A stretch of DNA of 64,000 nucleotides from assembly GCA_963798845.1 (NCBI GenBank), contig CAWCUS010000002.1, positions 576,001-640,000 of the forward strand, read 5' to 3'. This DNA comes from an uncultured Gemmatimonadales bacterium (GTDB lineage Bacteria; Gemmatimonadota; Gemmatimonadetes; Longimicrobiales; RSA9). A program made the position numbers and the translations under genes. A model generated the notes under the pieces. That model was not told the origin of the DNA. It made no database searches and worked only from the letters and a program-made list of their open reading frames with translations. This document shows, piece by piece, positions 39,566 through 50,409 of this stretch. The stretch's first letter is position 1; each line of letters begins with the position of its first letter.

Positions 39566-40219
39566 ATGGCCAGTCGCAGCGCTCGCGAGCTGATGGGCAC
39601 CGTCTGGCGTCGCGAAGGCGACAGCGCGGAGCGGTTCTCCTGTCCGACCTGCGGCGTCGAGCGGCCGTGCCACCGCACCAGGCTCCAGCGGCGGATCTCG
39701 ATCCTCGGGCGCCCGCTCTTCCGGATGGGCGGGCCGACCGTGTTCCTCACGTGCGACTATTGCGGCCATGCCTTCGACGCGGCCGCGCTCGCGTCGCCCA
39801 CTCAGGGATCCGGATGCTTCGCCGAGGACGAGGTGGCGCTGGTGTCCATCGTTGCGGCGGTCATTCTCTCCGACGCGGCCGTGCGGGAGGTGGAGAAAGA
39901 GGCGGCCGGAGCGATCCTGCGGCGGTACACGGGAAGAGACCTGACCGACCCCGAGGTCGCGCAGCTGCTGGGCAGTGCCCGCACCGAGTGGGGGGACCCA
40001 ATGCCTCGCCTGGAACGGCTGAGCGGACTGGTGCCCCCGCGCACCCGCCGCAGCCTCGTGGAGGCGGCCTATCTGGTCTGTACCGCCGACGGCGACCTGC
40101 ACAGGCAGGAGAGCCGGCTGCTGGACCGGATCGGGGACGCGCTCGACCTCGGCCCGCGGGAGGTGCGGCGGGCCATCGCTGCCGCCCGCGACGCCCGCCG
40201 CTCCGGAGAGGCGCCGTAG
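39566..40219 (+). CDS. Zinc-ribbon plus TerB-like domain protein
   Basis: CPTC...CDYC; VILSDAAVREVE and VCTADGDLHRQE TerB-type motifs. Confidence 0.8.
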   Translation: MASRSARELMGTVWRREGDSAERFSCPTCGVERPCHRTRLQRRISILGRPLFRMGGPTVFLTCDYCGHAFDAAALASPTQGSGCFAEDEVALVSIVAAVILSDAAVREVEKEAAGAILRRYTGRDLTDPEVAQLLGSARTEWGDPMPRLERLSGLVPPRTRRSLVEAAYLVCTADGDLHRQESRLLDRIGDALDLGPREVRRAIAAARDARRSGEAP

Positions 40220-40243
40220 CCGGAGGGATCCTGCCGCGCCCCC

Positions 40244-41560
40244 TCAGTCCCCTTCGTACCAGTCCCAGCGGCCGAGCGGGACTTCGCTGTGCCCGTCGGG
40301 ATGGGGCTTCGCCATGAGCACCTGGGCCAGCGCCTGGCGTCCCGCCTCGAACTCGAGCGCCGCGCCAGCGAATACCAGGTGCCAGGCGCGCCACGTCGCC
40401 TCGCCCGCCTCGGCCGCGGCCTCTTCGTGGTTCTCCTCCAGCCCCGCCACCCAGCGGCGGAGCGTTAGGGCGTAATGCTCCCGCAGGTTTTCCACGTCGC
40501 GCACGTCGAACCCCGCGTTCTCCGCAAAACGAACCGTTTCCCCCACCGGCACCAGCTCGTGGTCGGGGAACACGTAGCGACTGGAGAGCGTGTCGCCGAT
40601 TGCCGAGCCCCGCAGCGGGTTGGCCGTGATCGCGTGGTGGAGATAGCTCCCGCCCGGGCGGAGCAGGCGGTGGATCGCGGCGAAGTAGGCCGGCGCCCGC
40701 TCCCTCCCGACGTGCTCGAACATCCCGACGCTGGCGACGCGGTCGAACGCCTCCGGCTGGTCCAGGGTGCGCCAGTCCCGCACCTCGACGGTGCAGCGGT
40801 CGTCGAGGCCGGCCTCCCGGACTCGCTCGCGCGCGAGCTCCGCCTGGCGCTGGCTGAGCGTGATGCCCAGCGGGCGGGCACCGTACTCGCGGGCGGCGTG
40901 TATGACGAGGGCGCCCCAGCCGCACCCGATGTCGAGCATCCGATCGCCCGGCCGGATGCGGAGCTTGCGGCAGATCAGGTCGATCTTCCTGAGCTGCGCG
41001 GATTCCAGCGGCTCGTCCGCGTCCCGGAACGCGGCGCAGCTGTAGACCATCCTCGGATCCAAAAACAGCGAGTAGAACCGGTTGGACACGTCGTAGTGGT
41101 GCGTTACGGCCGCCCTGTCGCGCGCCACCGTATGCAGGTCACCGCGCAGCTCCGGCGTTCGCGGCGTCGCGTCCGGGGTCCCATTGCCAGGCGCGCTCCG
41201 TCTGCTCCGCGGGAGCCGCAGGACCCGCAAAGCCAGGCGCGCGCGGTCCCGGACGCCAAGCTGCCTGTGGAGGATCGCCTTGCCCACCGATGGCACCGCG
41301 AAGATGTCGCCCTCGATGCCGATCTCGTCGGCCAGGTACGCCTCGACCAGCCGCGCTTCGTCCCCGGCTACGAGCATCCGGCGCAGCGCGCCCGGCGACC
41401 GGATCACGAGCGTGAACGCCGCCTCCGCGGCTCCTTCCGGCGTCCACACGGTGCCGTCCCAGAGCCGGACTGCGAAACCAGGGACGTGCGCCTCGCTGAA
41501 GAGATCGCCCAGGAGAGCCAGGGCGGCGGATGTGGGTGGGGCCGGGGCGACGGTGCTCAT
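40244..41560 (-). CDS. cfa: Cyclopropane-fatty-acyl-phospholipid synthase family SAM methyltransferase
   Basis: HHYDVSNRFY, MVYSCA, LDIGCGWG, SVGMFEHVG, RYVFPD, LREHYALTL. Confidence 0.93.
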   Translation of the reverse strand: MSTVAPAPPTSAALALLGDLFSEAHVPGFAVRLWDGTVWTPEGAAEAAFTLVIRSPGALRRMLVAGDEARLVEAYLADEIGIEGDIFAVPSVGKAILHRQLGVRDRARLALRVLRLPRSRRSAPGNGTPDATPRTPELRGDLHTVARDRAAVTHHYDVSNRFYSLFLDPRMVYSCAAFRDADEPLESAQLRKIDLICRKLRIRPGDRMLDIGCGWGALVIHAAREYGARPLGITLSQRQAELARERVREAGLDDRCTVEVRDWRTLDQPEAFDRVASVGMFEHVGRERAPAYFAAIHRLLRPGGSYLHHAITANPLRGSAIGDTLSSRYVFPDHELVPVGETVRFAENAGFDVRDVENLREHYALTLRRWVAGLEENHEEAAAEAGEATWRAWHLVFAGAALEFEAGRQALAQVLMAKPHPDGHSEVPLGRWDWYEGD

Positions 41561-41758
41561 GGCGACTCCTCTCTCTGCGTGGACAGGAGCGGCCGGGGCT
41601 GGACGGCGGGCTGAGACCGGCCGTCCGGTGGATCCGGCCGGCGTCAGTCGCATCCAGGATGCGGCCGGATCAGCGCGGGAGCAAGTCGGCTGTCCCCCGT
41701 CGGCCGCGACCCCGGCGGGCCGGACCCGGCGGGCCGGACCCCATGACGTGGCCGACGC

Positions 41759-44700
41759 CTAGCGGGGCTTGCCGGCGGGCGAGTCGCCCGGGACTCCGTC
41801 GATCGCGGCCCGGACGGTCGCGGCCAGCACCTCGGCGGTGAACGGCTTGGCGAGGAAGAAGGCGCCATCGACGAGCGAGGCCGGGTCGGCCGCCTCGTCG
41901 AACGTGTGGCCGCTCATGAGGATGACGCCGAGCTCGGGCCGGGCGGACCGGAGCCGTCGCGCCACCTCGGGGCCCCGGATCCCGGGCATCACCACGTCCG
42001 TCAGCAGCAGGTGGATCGGGCCCCCGTGGGCAGCCGAGGTGCGCTCGGCTTCCGGGCCATCACCGGCTTCGAGCACGGTGTAGCCCAGGCGCAGGAGCAC
42101 GCGACGGACCACGGCCCTCACGGCCGGCTCGTCCTCAACCACCAGCACCACCTCGTCGCCCCCGCCCTGCGGAACGCCGCCCCGTTCTGCGCTCGCCCCC
42201 GAGGCGACCGCGAGAGCCGGAGACGGAAGCGCGGGGAAGTGGAGCGTGAAGGTCGTCCCCCGGCCATCTTCGCTCCGGAACCCAATGTGGCCGCGGTTCT
42301 GCTGCACCATCCCGAATGCCGTGGCCAGGCCGAGGCCGCTCCCCTTGCCCGGCTCCTTGGTGGTGAAGAAAGGCTCGAACACGTGGCGCTGGACCTCCTC
42401 GGACATGCCGCTGCCTGTGTCCGCCACCGTGACCCGCACGGAGTCGCCCGCGCGCAGCTCGGCGCGGTCGCTCTCCGGATCGTCCTCGACGTCGACGCGC
42501 TCCACGGTGATCCGGAGGGCGCCGCCATCGGGCATGGCATCCCGGGCGTTGATCGCCAGGTTGATCAGCACCTGCTCGATCTGGCCCCGGTCCGCGTGGA
42601 TCGGGCACGGCTCCGCCGGCACGTCCACCTCCAGCACCACCTCGTCCCCCAGCAGCCTGTCCAGCATGCGGTGCAGCTCGCGCGCCACCTCGCCCAGTTC
42701 CACAACCGCCGGGTGCGTGCCTCCCTGGCTGCTGAAGTGGAGGAGCTGCCGGATCACGCCCGCGGCCCGGTCGGACGCGTTGACGATCTCCTCCATGTCC
42801 GCGCGCCGGGCGTCGTCGCTCGGGAGCCGGTCCAGGACGAGGTCCGCGTGCCCGCGGATCGCCGTGAGCACGTTGTTGAAATCGTGGGCCAGCCCGCCGG
42901 CGAGCCGGCCCACCGCATCCATCTTCTGCACCTGCTCGAACTTCCGCTGGAGCAGCCGGCTCTCGGTCACGTCCTCCTTCACGGCCACGTAGTGCGTGAT
43001 CTCACCGGACGAGGAAAGCACCGGCGAGATGGCGGCGACCTCCCAGAAGAGCTGGCCGTCCTTGCGCCGGTTCTGGATCTCGCCCCGCCATTCGCGGCCC
43101 GACGTGATGGTCTTCCACATGTCACGGTAGAAGGCGGCGCTTTGATGACCGGATTGGAGGAGCCGGGGATTACGCCCCAGCACCTCGTCCCGGGCGTAGC
43201 CGGTGACCGCAGAGAACTTCGGATTGACGTAGACGATGTCGCCGCTCGGGTCGGTCATGACGATGGACGCGGGGCTCTGGTCCACGGCGCGAGACAGGAG
43301 CCGCAGCCGCTCCTCGGCGCGGTGCCGCTCCAGCTCAGTCGCGGTCATGCGGCCCACCACACGCAACGTCTGCACGTCCTCGTCCAGCCACCGTCTCGGG
43401 GAGAGGCCATAGAGCGCGATGAAGCCGAGCGTACCGTCCTGACCGGTGAGCGGCATGGCCACCGCGCTCCGGATCCCCCTCGCCTCCAGCCGAACGCGCT
43501 CCACCGTGTCCGGCGGGAGCTGTGCGACGTCCTCGATCCGGATCTCGGATCCTTCCTCCAGCTCCGCCAGCTGCCACGGCCCCGGCTCCTCCGGCTCCGA
43601 GGTCGGGAGCTCCACGCCCGGAGCACACCACTCGTATCCGCGCTCGAGCCGCTTCGTGTCCCCCAGCAGCAGGTGGATGCTCGCGCAGTCGACGCCCAGC
43701 AGCCGCCCCACCTCGGCGACCACCCGGTCCGCCGCGTCCGCCTTGCCCGTCGCCAGGTGCGAGGAGATCCGCGCGAGCGCCGCTTCCACTTCCAGCCGGC
43801 GACGCAGCATCACGTCTGACGACTCCCGGTCGGTGACGTCCCGGGCCAGCCCCTGGAGGCCCCGGCTGTCCGGGCCCGTCTGGATCGGTCGCTCGACGAT
43901 CTCCAGCACGAGCCGGCGACCGGAGGCGTGGGAAACCGCCAGCCGGTACGCCGGCTGCCGCTCCCCCGTCGCGAGCGCGAGCGCGGTCAGGTCCGACGAG
44001 GGCTCGTATTCGTCCATGAGAAGAACGTGGTACGGGCGCCCCAGCAGAGTCTCCGGCTCGTAGCCGAGCACCCGGCTCACCGACGGCGAGAGGTAGGTGA
44101 AGCGGCCGGCGCTGTCGTGCTCGAAGAAGAAGACTTCCTCGCTGCCCTCGACCATCAGGCGGAACCGCTCCTCCGCCTCCCGCCGCTCCGTCATGTCGTG
44201 CACGCTCCCGAGGAGCCCCCCGACCGTGCCGTCCGGCCGCCGCCACACTTCCCCACGGGCGTGCACGTACCGGATGCTGCCGTCCGGGCGCACGATGCGG
44301 TGCTCCACCTGGTACGGCTCGCCATCCGCGAGCGCACCCTGCACCACCTCCGCTACCAGGGCGCGGTCATCCGGGTGGACGGCGTCGCGAAACGTGTCGA
44401 CGTCCACGCGCGTCCGGCGCGGGTCGAGACCGAAGATCCGATACAGCTCGTCGGACCACACGACCTCCCCCGTCCGCGCGTCGAGCTGCCAGTCGCCAGT
44501 GTGGGAGATCCGCTGAGCTTCGGCCCGACGCTGCTCGCTCGCCGCCAGCGCGCGATACGCACGCCGCGCCACCTCGAAGATCAGCACCGCCGACAGCACC
44601 ACGAAAACGATCCCCTTCGCCGTCTGGAGCGTCGCCGGATGGTAGCCCAGCATCCAGCCCCGCTCCACCACGCGGTCCGAAAGCAGGATCCACAGCGAAC

Positions 44701-44812
44701 CGAACAACGCGAACAGCCCCGCCACGCGGAGCGCCGATCGCTCGGCCGCACCGAGCGCCGCCCGGCTCCGCATGATGGAGGGAATTCGTCGTCCGGGACG
44801 CTGGTCGCGCAT
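41759..44812 (-). CDS. Membrane-bound PAS/GAF hybrid sensor histidine kinase with receiver domain
   Basis: 2 TMs, three PAS/PAC, GAF, LAGGLAHDFNN H-box, NARDAM, DTGSG, PFFTTK, GLGL, VEDE...TDVVMP REC. Confidence 0.94.
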   Translation of the reverse strand: MRDQRPGRRIPSIMRSRAALGAAERSALRVAGLFALFGSLWILLSDRVVERGWMLGYHPATLQTAKGIVFVVLSAVLIFEVARRAYRALAASEQRRAEAQRISHTGDWQLDARTGEVVWSDELYRIFGLDPRRTRVDVDTFRDAVHPDDRALVAEVVQGALADGEPYQVEHRIVRPDGSIRYVHARGEVWRRPDGTVGGLLGSVHDMTERREAEERFRLMVEGSEEVFFFEHDSAGRFTYLSPSVSRVLGYEPETLLGRPYHVLLMDEYEPSSDLTALALATGERQPAYRLAVSHASGRRLVLEIVERPIQTGPDSRGLQGLARDVTDRESSDVMLRRRLEVEAALARISSHLATGKADAADRVVAEVGRLLGVDCASIHLLLGDTKRLERGYEWCAPGVELPTSEPEEPGPWQLAELEEGSEIRIEDVAQLPPDTVERVRLEARGIRSAVAMPLTGQDGTLGFIALYGLSPRRWLDEDVQTLRVVGRMTATELERHRAEERLRLLSRAVDQSPASIVMTDPSGDIVYVNPKFSAVTGYARDEVLGRNPRLLQSGHQSAAFYRDMWKTITSGREWRGEIQNRRKDGQLFWEVAAISPVLSSSGEITHYVAVKEDVTESRLLQRKFEQVQKMDAVGRLAGGLAHDFNNVLTAIRGHADLVLDRLPSDDARRADMEEIVNASDRAAGVIRQLLHFSSQGGTHPAVVELGEVARELHRMLDRLLGDEVVLEVDVPAEPCPIHADRGQIEQVLINLAINARDAMPDGGALRITVERVDVEDDPESDRAELRAGDSVRVTVADTGSGMSEEVQRHVFEPFFTTKEPGKGSGLGLATAFGMVQQNRGHIGFRSEDGRGTTFTLHFPALPSPALAVASGASAERGGVPQGGGDEVVLVVEDEPAVRAVVRRVLLRLGYTVLEAGDGPEAERTSAAHGGPIHLLLTDVVMPGIRGPEVARRLRSARPELGVILMSGHTFDEAADPASLVDGAFFLAKPFTAEVLAATVRAAIDGVPGDSPAGKPR

Positions 44813-44969
44813 GCGCTCTCTATCGTTCGGAGTGGGCGGTCCGAAGCCGCGCCGGCGTGCGCCCGGGGAGCGGGTGGGGCCCGGCCGGCGAGCGGGCGAA
44901 ACATGAAAGATCAGAGCGAGAATGTCGCCAATCCAGTGCCGCGCGCCAATAGCGGTGGCGAATGTCTCC

Positions 44970-47318
44970 TCAACGCGAGAGGCGGGTGACGACTTCGTCC
45001 AGCGCTGACGCCACTCGCTCGGCATCGGCGGCGGTGAAGGGGAGGGGCGGCTTGATCTTGATGACGTTGGCGTCGGGGCCGTCGGTGCTGAGGAGGATCC
45101 CCCGGTCGCGCATGGCTTCGACCACGTCCGCGGCGAGGCGAGCGTCGGGCGTGCGCCGCTCGGGGTCGACCACGATCTCGACCCCGAGGAAGAGGCCACG
45201 GCCGCGCACGTCGCCGATGGCCGGGTGGTCGGCGGCCAGTCGGCGGAGGTCGGTGAGGAAGCGCTCGCCGACGTGGGCGGCGTGCTCCTGGAGCCCGTCG
45301 TCGTGAATGACGTCCAGGACGGCGAGCCCCACGGCGCAGCTCACGGGGTTTCCGCCGAACGTGTTGAAGTACTCCATGCCACGGTCGAAGGCCGCCGCGA
45401 TGGCCGCGGTGGTGACCACGGCGCCGAGCGGGTGCCCGTTTCCGATGGGCTTGCCGAGGGTGACGATGTCGGGGACGACGTCGTCGCCCTGGGTCTGGAA
45501 TCCCCAGAAGTGGCTTCCCACGCGTCCGAATCCGACCTGGACCTCGTCTGCCACACAGACGCCGCCGGCGGCGCGGACCGCGGCGTACGCGGCGGGGAGG
45601 AAGCCTGCCGGATACTCGATCTGACCGCCACAGCTGGCCAGCGATTCGGCGAAGAAGGCGGCGATCCCTCCGCTCGCCTCCGCGCGCTCGACCGCGGCAG
45701 CGACATCGGCGGCGTACGCGTCGCCGAGCCGGGGGTGTGGTGCGCGGTGGAGGCCGCGGTACGGGTCGGGCAGGGGGGCCACGTGGACCCACGGCGGTGC
45801 GCCCCCTCCGGCGGGGCCATCGAACTTGTAGGGACTCAGCTCGATGGCGGCGTTGGTGTTGCCGTGGTAGGCGGCGTCCAGGACCACTGCGTCGCGACGT
45901 CCGGTGAACGCGCGGGCGAGGCGGAGGGCGAGCTCGTTGGCCTCGCTGCCGGAATTCACGAAGAAGCAGACAGAGAGCGGGTCGGGCAGCGTCGCGGCGA
46001 GCTGCTCCGCGTAGCGCACGAGATTCTCGTGCAGGTAGCGGGTGTTGGTGTTGAGGACGGCGGCCTGGGTGGACAGTGCCTCGACGACGCGCGGATGCGA
46101 GTGGCCCACGTGGGCCACGTTGTTGACGCAGTCCAGGTATTCGGCGCCATCGGCGTCGTACAGGTGCTGCATCCATCCCCGCACAATGTGCAGAGGTCGG
46201 CGGTACGAGACGCTCAGCGACGGTCCGATGTGCCGCCGGCGTCGCTGGAGGATGTCCGGGGTGTCCGCGCTGTCCGCGCTCTCCATGATCCGCTCCGTCG
46301 CCAGCGCCGGGTGAATGACGTCCATGGCTTCGAGCAGCGACCAGGCGGCCGCTTCGCTCACCGAAAGATACGCGTCGTCGGGACGCTGCCCGTGCTGGAG
46401 CGCGGCGATGGTCACGGACATGGCCAGGCGCAGGCCCGCCAGCGCCCAGACCACCTCGAGCTCTGGCCGGGTCAGCGGGTTCGATGCCTGGTACCCGGCC
46501 ACCACGGCCGCCGCGGCCGCGACGGGGTCGGGCTGGCCCATCATGGCGTACGCGGCGCCAACCGCCGCCTCGGCCGGGAGCCAGGAGTACACCGCGTCGC
46601 CGAAGTCCAGCAGTCCGCTCACCCGGTCCGGCTCTGCTGACTCTTCGGGCCGATCGCTGGCCGTCACGAGCACGTTCCAGTCGTTCCCGTCTCCGTGGAG
46701 GAGGCCGATCCGGAGCCGCTCCAGCCTCGACGAAAGCGCTTCGCCCGCCGCCTCGACGCGGCGCAGCAGCAGGGCGCGACGGTCTGGCGGGAGGGCCGCG
46801 GCGTGCTCGGCGACCAGCGCCGGACCTCCGCGCACGTCCCAGTAGAAGTCGCGACGAAGGGCGGTGAGCTCGAGTCCGTCCAGGGCGCGATCCACCGTGC
46901 CGAGCAGCCGTCCCACTTCCCGCAGCAGCGACGGCGGGCGCCGGTCCAGCCGGGCCAGCGGGCGCCCGGGGATCCAGCGGACCACGCGGGCCAGGTGGCG
47001 GGCGTCGCCCGCTTCCAGCGTCTCGATCTCCAGCCCGGCGAGAGAAGGCACCACGAGCGGGAAGAGGAAGGGACGCGCTCGCTCCGCCAGCCGGTGGACC
47101 ATGGCGTTCTGGGCCTCGAGGAGCGCGCGGTCCTCGCCCAGGCGGGACACCTTCAGCACCCAGCGGGCGCCGTCCGGACGCGCCAGGACGAAGTTCCGGT
47201 CGCGCTCGCCGGGAAGCGTCGAGATCTCCCCCTCGAGCCCCCACAGCCGCCGGAGCGCGAGCGCCGCATCGGCGGGTCCGATCCGCGGGGTGCGCTCGCC
47301 CAGCGTCAGCGCGTCCAT
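44970..47318 (-). CDS. APH-like kinase fused to class-III PLP enzyme (hydroxylysine kinase / phospho-lyase type)
   Basis: [56 protein letters not shown]. Confidence 0.92.
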   Translation of the reverse strand: MDALTLGERTPRIGPADAALALRRLWGLEGEISTLPGERDRNFVLARPDGARWVLKVSRLGEDRALLEAQNAMVHRLAERARPFLFPLVVPSLAGLEIETLEAGDARHLARVVRWIPGRPLARLDRRPPSLLREVGRLLGTVDRALDGLELTALRRDFYWDVRGGPALVAEHAAALPPDRRALLLRRVEAAGEALSSRLERLRIGLLHGDGNDWNVLVTASDRPEESAEPDRVSGLLDFGDAVYSWLPAEAAVGAAYAMMGQPDPVAAAAAVVAGYQASNPLTRPELEVVWALAGLRLAMSVTIAALQHGQRPDDAYLSVSEAAAWSLLEAMDVIHPALATERIMESADSADTPDILQRRRRHIGPSLSVSYRRPLHIVRGWMQHLYDADGAEYLDCVNNVAHVGHSHPRVVEALSTQAAVLNTNTRYLHENLVRYAEQLAATLPDPLSVCFFVNSGSEANELALRLARAFTGRRDAVVLDAAYHGNTNAAIELSPYKFDGPAGGGAPPWVHVAPLPDPYRGLHRAPHPRLGDAYAADVAAAVERAEASGGIAAFFAESLASCGGQIEYPAGFLPAAYAAVRAAGGVCVADEVQVGFGRVGSHFWGFQTQGDDVVPDIVTLGKPIGNGHPLGAVVTTAAIAAAFDRGMEYFNTFGGNPVSCAVGLAVLDVIHDDGLQEHAAHVGERFLTDLRRLAADHPAIGDVRGRGLFLGVEIVVDPERRTPDARLAADVVEAMRDRGILLSTDGPDANVIKIKPPLPFTAADAERVASALDEVVTRLSR

Positions 47319-47386
47319 GTCGCTACCTGCCGCCGGCCGCGCTCAGCCGCCGCGTGCGCCCGGGGAGCGTCGGAGCGTGCACGTCG

Positions 47387-47839
47387 TCAGCGGCCGCCGC
47401 CCGCGGGGGTGGATTGGAACGCCTCCCGCTGCGTATCCAGGATTTGCTGGCGCCCGAGGAAGCCGGCATCGAGCTGGTGCCAGTGTCCGATCTCGGACTC
47501 GCCCAGCTTCCAGCAGAGGAGCACCGGTCGCCCCGAGTACAGGCTCAGCCAGTCCACGAGCCCCTCGCGGAACCCCTTGAACTGGCAGCCGACCCGGTGC
47601 AGCTCCTGCACGAGGTCGTCCAGGGACTCCGCGCGCGCCGCCACTTCCGCCTTGACCTGCTTCGCCCGCGCGCCATCGCGGGCTTCCGCGGGAAGCGCCT
47701 TCAGCCAGGTGAGCAGCGGCTCGACCTGGCGGTACTCCTCCACGATGTCCTCCACCACGCTGCGCACGTACGGCAGCGTGCGGTTCGCTTCCTCCAGGGA
47801 GAAGAAGCGGACGTCCGGAAATCCGTCGGGTATCTCCAC
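47387..47839 (-). CDS. DUF2203 family protein
   Basis: FSLEEANRTLP, KG..EGLVDW, LCWKLGE..I.HWH..DAGF.GRQ. Confidence 0.9.
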   Translation of the reverse strand: MEIPDGFPDVRFFSLEEANRTLPYVRSVVEDIVEEYRQVEPLLTWLKALPAEARDGARAKQVKAEVAARAESLDDLVQELHRVGCQFKGFREGLVDWLSLYSGRPVLLCWKLGESEIGHWHQLDAGFLGRQQILDTQREAFQSTPAGGGR

Positions 47840-48007
47840 GGCGCTCCCGGCCAGGTGACTCGATGCCGACAACATACCATCGCGGCCAGCTTCGTGCCGT
47901 CGAAACGTCGGAGGGTCGGCCGCCGCTCGCGGCAGGCGGCAGGCGCCGCCCGCGGGCCGGCGCCCCCGCGGGCAGGCGCGGCGCGGGGGAGAGGTGGTCG
48001 TCCTGGC

Positions 48008-49132
48008 TCAGGGGTGATAGTTGGCGAGCGGCAGGAAGCGGAAGTGCTCCTTGTTGCGGGCGATGTTCACCAGGCCGAGCTGGAGACCGTGGAGTTCTTC
48101 CGTGATGTTGACGATCCCGATGGAGAGCCCGTGCTGCTCGCCGCGAATGTCGTTGTATGCGCTGACCACCGCGCCGTGGAGCTCGCCGCCTTCTACCAAC
48201 CGGAAGTATGCCGGGGCGAGCACGACGCCGTGGATGGACTCGCCGCCTGCGCCGATCCCGGAAATCACGAGCCCGTTGATCTCCGGCGCGCCCACGCCGA
48301 GGCCGGCCACGGCCAGACCCCGCAGCTCGCCTCCCGCGCCGAGTCCGAGTCCGGCCACGGCCACGCCCACGAGATCCTCGCCGGCACCGATCCCACCGGC
48401 CGAGAGGGCGATCCCGTGAATCGAGCCACCGCTGCCCACGCCCACACCACCGACCGCGAGTCCGGTCAGATCACCGCCCGCGCCGACGCCGACGCCGCCC
48501 AGCGCGATTCCGTTGAGGTCTCCGCCGCTTCCGGCGCCCACGCCGCCCGCGATGAGCCCGGTGGCCCCCTCGCCCGCGCCGACGCCCACGCCGCCGAGCG
48601 CGATGCCCCGGATCTCGCCGCCGCTCCCGGCACCGATGCCGCCCACCATGAGCCCGGTGATGTCCCCGCCTGCGCCCACACCGATGCCGCCGGCCAGGAT
48701 GCCCTTCATGTCTCCGCCGGTCCCCGCACCGACGCCGGCGAGGACGATTCCGCTGATCTCCTCGCCGGCGCCCATTCCGATCGGGGCCAGCGCAATGCCG
48801 TGGAAAGCGTCGAAGGCTGCGATGCCGGCGCCGAGGGCGAGCCCCTCGATGTCCTTCGCACCGGTCAGCGGGAGTCCCAGCGCGACGCCCTGAACGGAGC
48901 CGTCGACGTCCTCGTAGGGCGTCCAGATCGTGGCGTTGATGCCGCGCACGCGGTCGAGCCGATAGTCGTCGCGGAAGTTGATCCGGAGGCCGTCAATGCG
49001 GGGGACGGGCCCGATCCCGAGGCCCACGTCACCGATGGCGAGCTTGATTCCCTGGGCGGCCCCGGGGAGCGGCGCAAGGAGTAGAGGCAGCGCCAGGCAG
49101 ACGGGGCACAGGCGACGAATCGGGGATGGCAT
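48008..49132 (-). CDS. Secreted Gly-rich repeat protein (LA_2272-like surface repeats)
   Basis: Signal peptide; about 12 repeats of 15-16 aa, consensus G[IL]A[LV]GG[IV]G[AV]G[AS]GG[DE][IL]x; C-terminal GLQLGLVN...FLPLAN. Confidence 0.82.
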   Translation of the reverse strand: MPSPIRRLCPVCLALPLLLAPLPGAAQGIKLAIGDVGLGIGPVPRIDGLRINFRDDYRLDRVRGINATIWTPYEDVDGSVQGVALGLPLTGAKDIEGLALGAGIAAFDAFHGIALAPIGMGAGEEISGIVLAGVGAGTGGDMKGILAGGIGVGAGGDITGLMVGGIGAGSGGEIRGIALGGVGVGAGEGATGLIAGGVGAGSGGDLNGIALGGVGVGAGGDLTGLAVGGVGVGSGGSIHGIALSAGGIGAGEDLVGVAVAGLGLGAGGELRGLAVAGLGVGAPEINGLVISGIGAGGESIHGVVLAPAYFRLVEGGELHGAVVSAYNDIRGEQHGLSIGIVNITEELHGLQLGLVNIARNKEHFRFLPLANYHP

Positions 49133-49334
49133 GACGAGCTCCTGTCTTCTTCGGGTCGCACGGCGGCAACGGCGCCGTCCCCGTGCCGTACGATGCCGGC
49201 GGCGCTGCGGTTTCGGCGTACCCGGCGGCTGCTCCCCGGGGTGAAGCGTCGGGCCCTGCGCCGGCTGCTCCTAGGACGGCGTATTGCCCGGGCCGTGGCC
49301 CCGCCGTTGCAAGAAGGCGCGGCAGGAGCAGAGG

Positions 49335-49961
49335 ATGGACGGTTTCTACACGGAGCGGGAAGAGGTCTTCCACAGCGCGACTCACGGTGCGGGCGCGCTG
49401 ATCGCGGCAGCCGGGGCGGGCTACCTGATCGGCCGGGCGGTGACCACGGGGGACCGGTGGCGCCTGGTGGCGTTCGCCATCTACGGTGTGACGCTGGTGC
49501 TCCTCTACACGGCCTCGACGCTCTACCACGCCGTGCGGTCGCGCGGCCTGAAGGAGACGCTGCGGGTGGTGGACCATTCGGCGATCTACCTGCTGATCGC
49601 CGGGACGTACACGCCCTTCCTTCTGCTGCGGCTGAGGGAGCCGTGGGGGTGGAGCGTGCTGGTGGGGATGTGGGCGCTGGCGCTGGGCGGCGTCGCCTAC
49701 AAGCTGAACTTCCTGGACCGCTACCCGCGGGTCTCCACGGCCATGTACCTGGGTATGTCGTGGCTCGGCCTGGCGATGGGGCTCCCGCTCGTCCAACGGC
49801 TGGGCGCGGTGACCCTCGCCTGGCTGCTCGCGGGCGGCCTGATCTACACGGCGGGCACGCTCCTCTACCACCTGGACCGGGTGCCGTACGCCCACGTGGT
49901 CTGGCACCTGTTCGTGCTGGGCGGGAGCGTGTGCCACTTCGTGGCCATCGCGCGGCTGTGA
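49335..49961 (+). CDS. Hemolysin III / PAQR family membrane protein (TrhA/YqfA-like)
   Basis: EE..HSATHG, STLYH, DHSAIYLLIAGTYTPF, HVVWHLFVL. Confidence 0.94.
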   Translation: MDGFYTEREEVFHSATHGAGALIAAAGAGYLIGRAVTTGDRWRLVAFAIYGVTLVLLYTASTLYHAVRSRGLKETLRVVDHSAIYLLIAGTYTPFLLLRLREPWGWSVLVGMWALALGGVAYKLNFLDRYPRVSTAMYLGMSWLGLAMGLPLVQRLGAVTLAWLLAGGLIYTAGTLLYHLDRVPYAHVVWHLFVLGGSVCHFVAIARL

Positions 49962-50051
49962 GGCGAGGTCCCCGGGCCCGGGCACCTGTCCCGTGGGCCG
50001 GGCCGGGTTAGCTTTCTCGAGACGAGACATCCAGACAGCCGGGGGGCAGAC

Positions 50052-50345
50052 GTGAGGCGGCGCAGGATCTGGCGGGGAATGCTCGCGGCGGCCATGGCGG
50101 GCGTGGTCGAGGCGGCCGGGCTCGGCGCCGTGCGGCCGGACCGGCGTCGTCCGCTGCGGGCCGTCTGGGTGGATGATCGCGAGCCCGCGGACCCGCTGGC
50201 GGGGACCGGCGTGTGGTTCCTGGACCCGCTGGGCGACCCGCGACCCGCTCCATGCGACGTCCGTCGACCCGCTTCGTCGCCGCTCCGCCTCGCGCGGCTG
50301 GAGCCCCGACGCCTCCTCGCCGCGGCGGCCGCGCGCTGGAGCTGA
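50052..50345 (+). CDS. Possible hypothetical protein (97 aa)
   Basis: Fills a gap between genes, high-GC3 codons; no recognisable motif. Confidence 0.4.
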   Translation: MRRRRIWRGMLAAAMAGVVEAAGLGAVRPDRRRPLRAVWVDDREPADPLAGTGVWFLDPLGDPRPAPCDVRRPASSPLRLARLEPRRLLAAAAARWS

Positions 50346-50409
50346 CGGCTCGCCGACCGGCCCGACCGGCGCCGCCAGCCGCCGCGACCCGCTGGGCCAC
50401 GGCGGAGCT

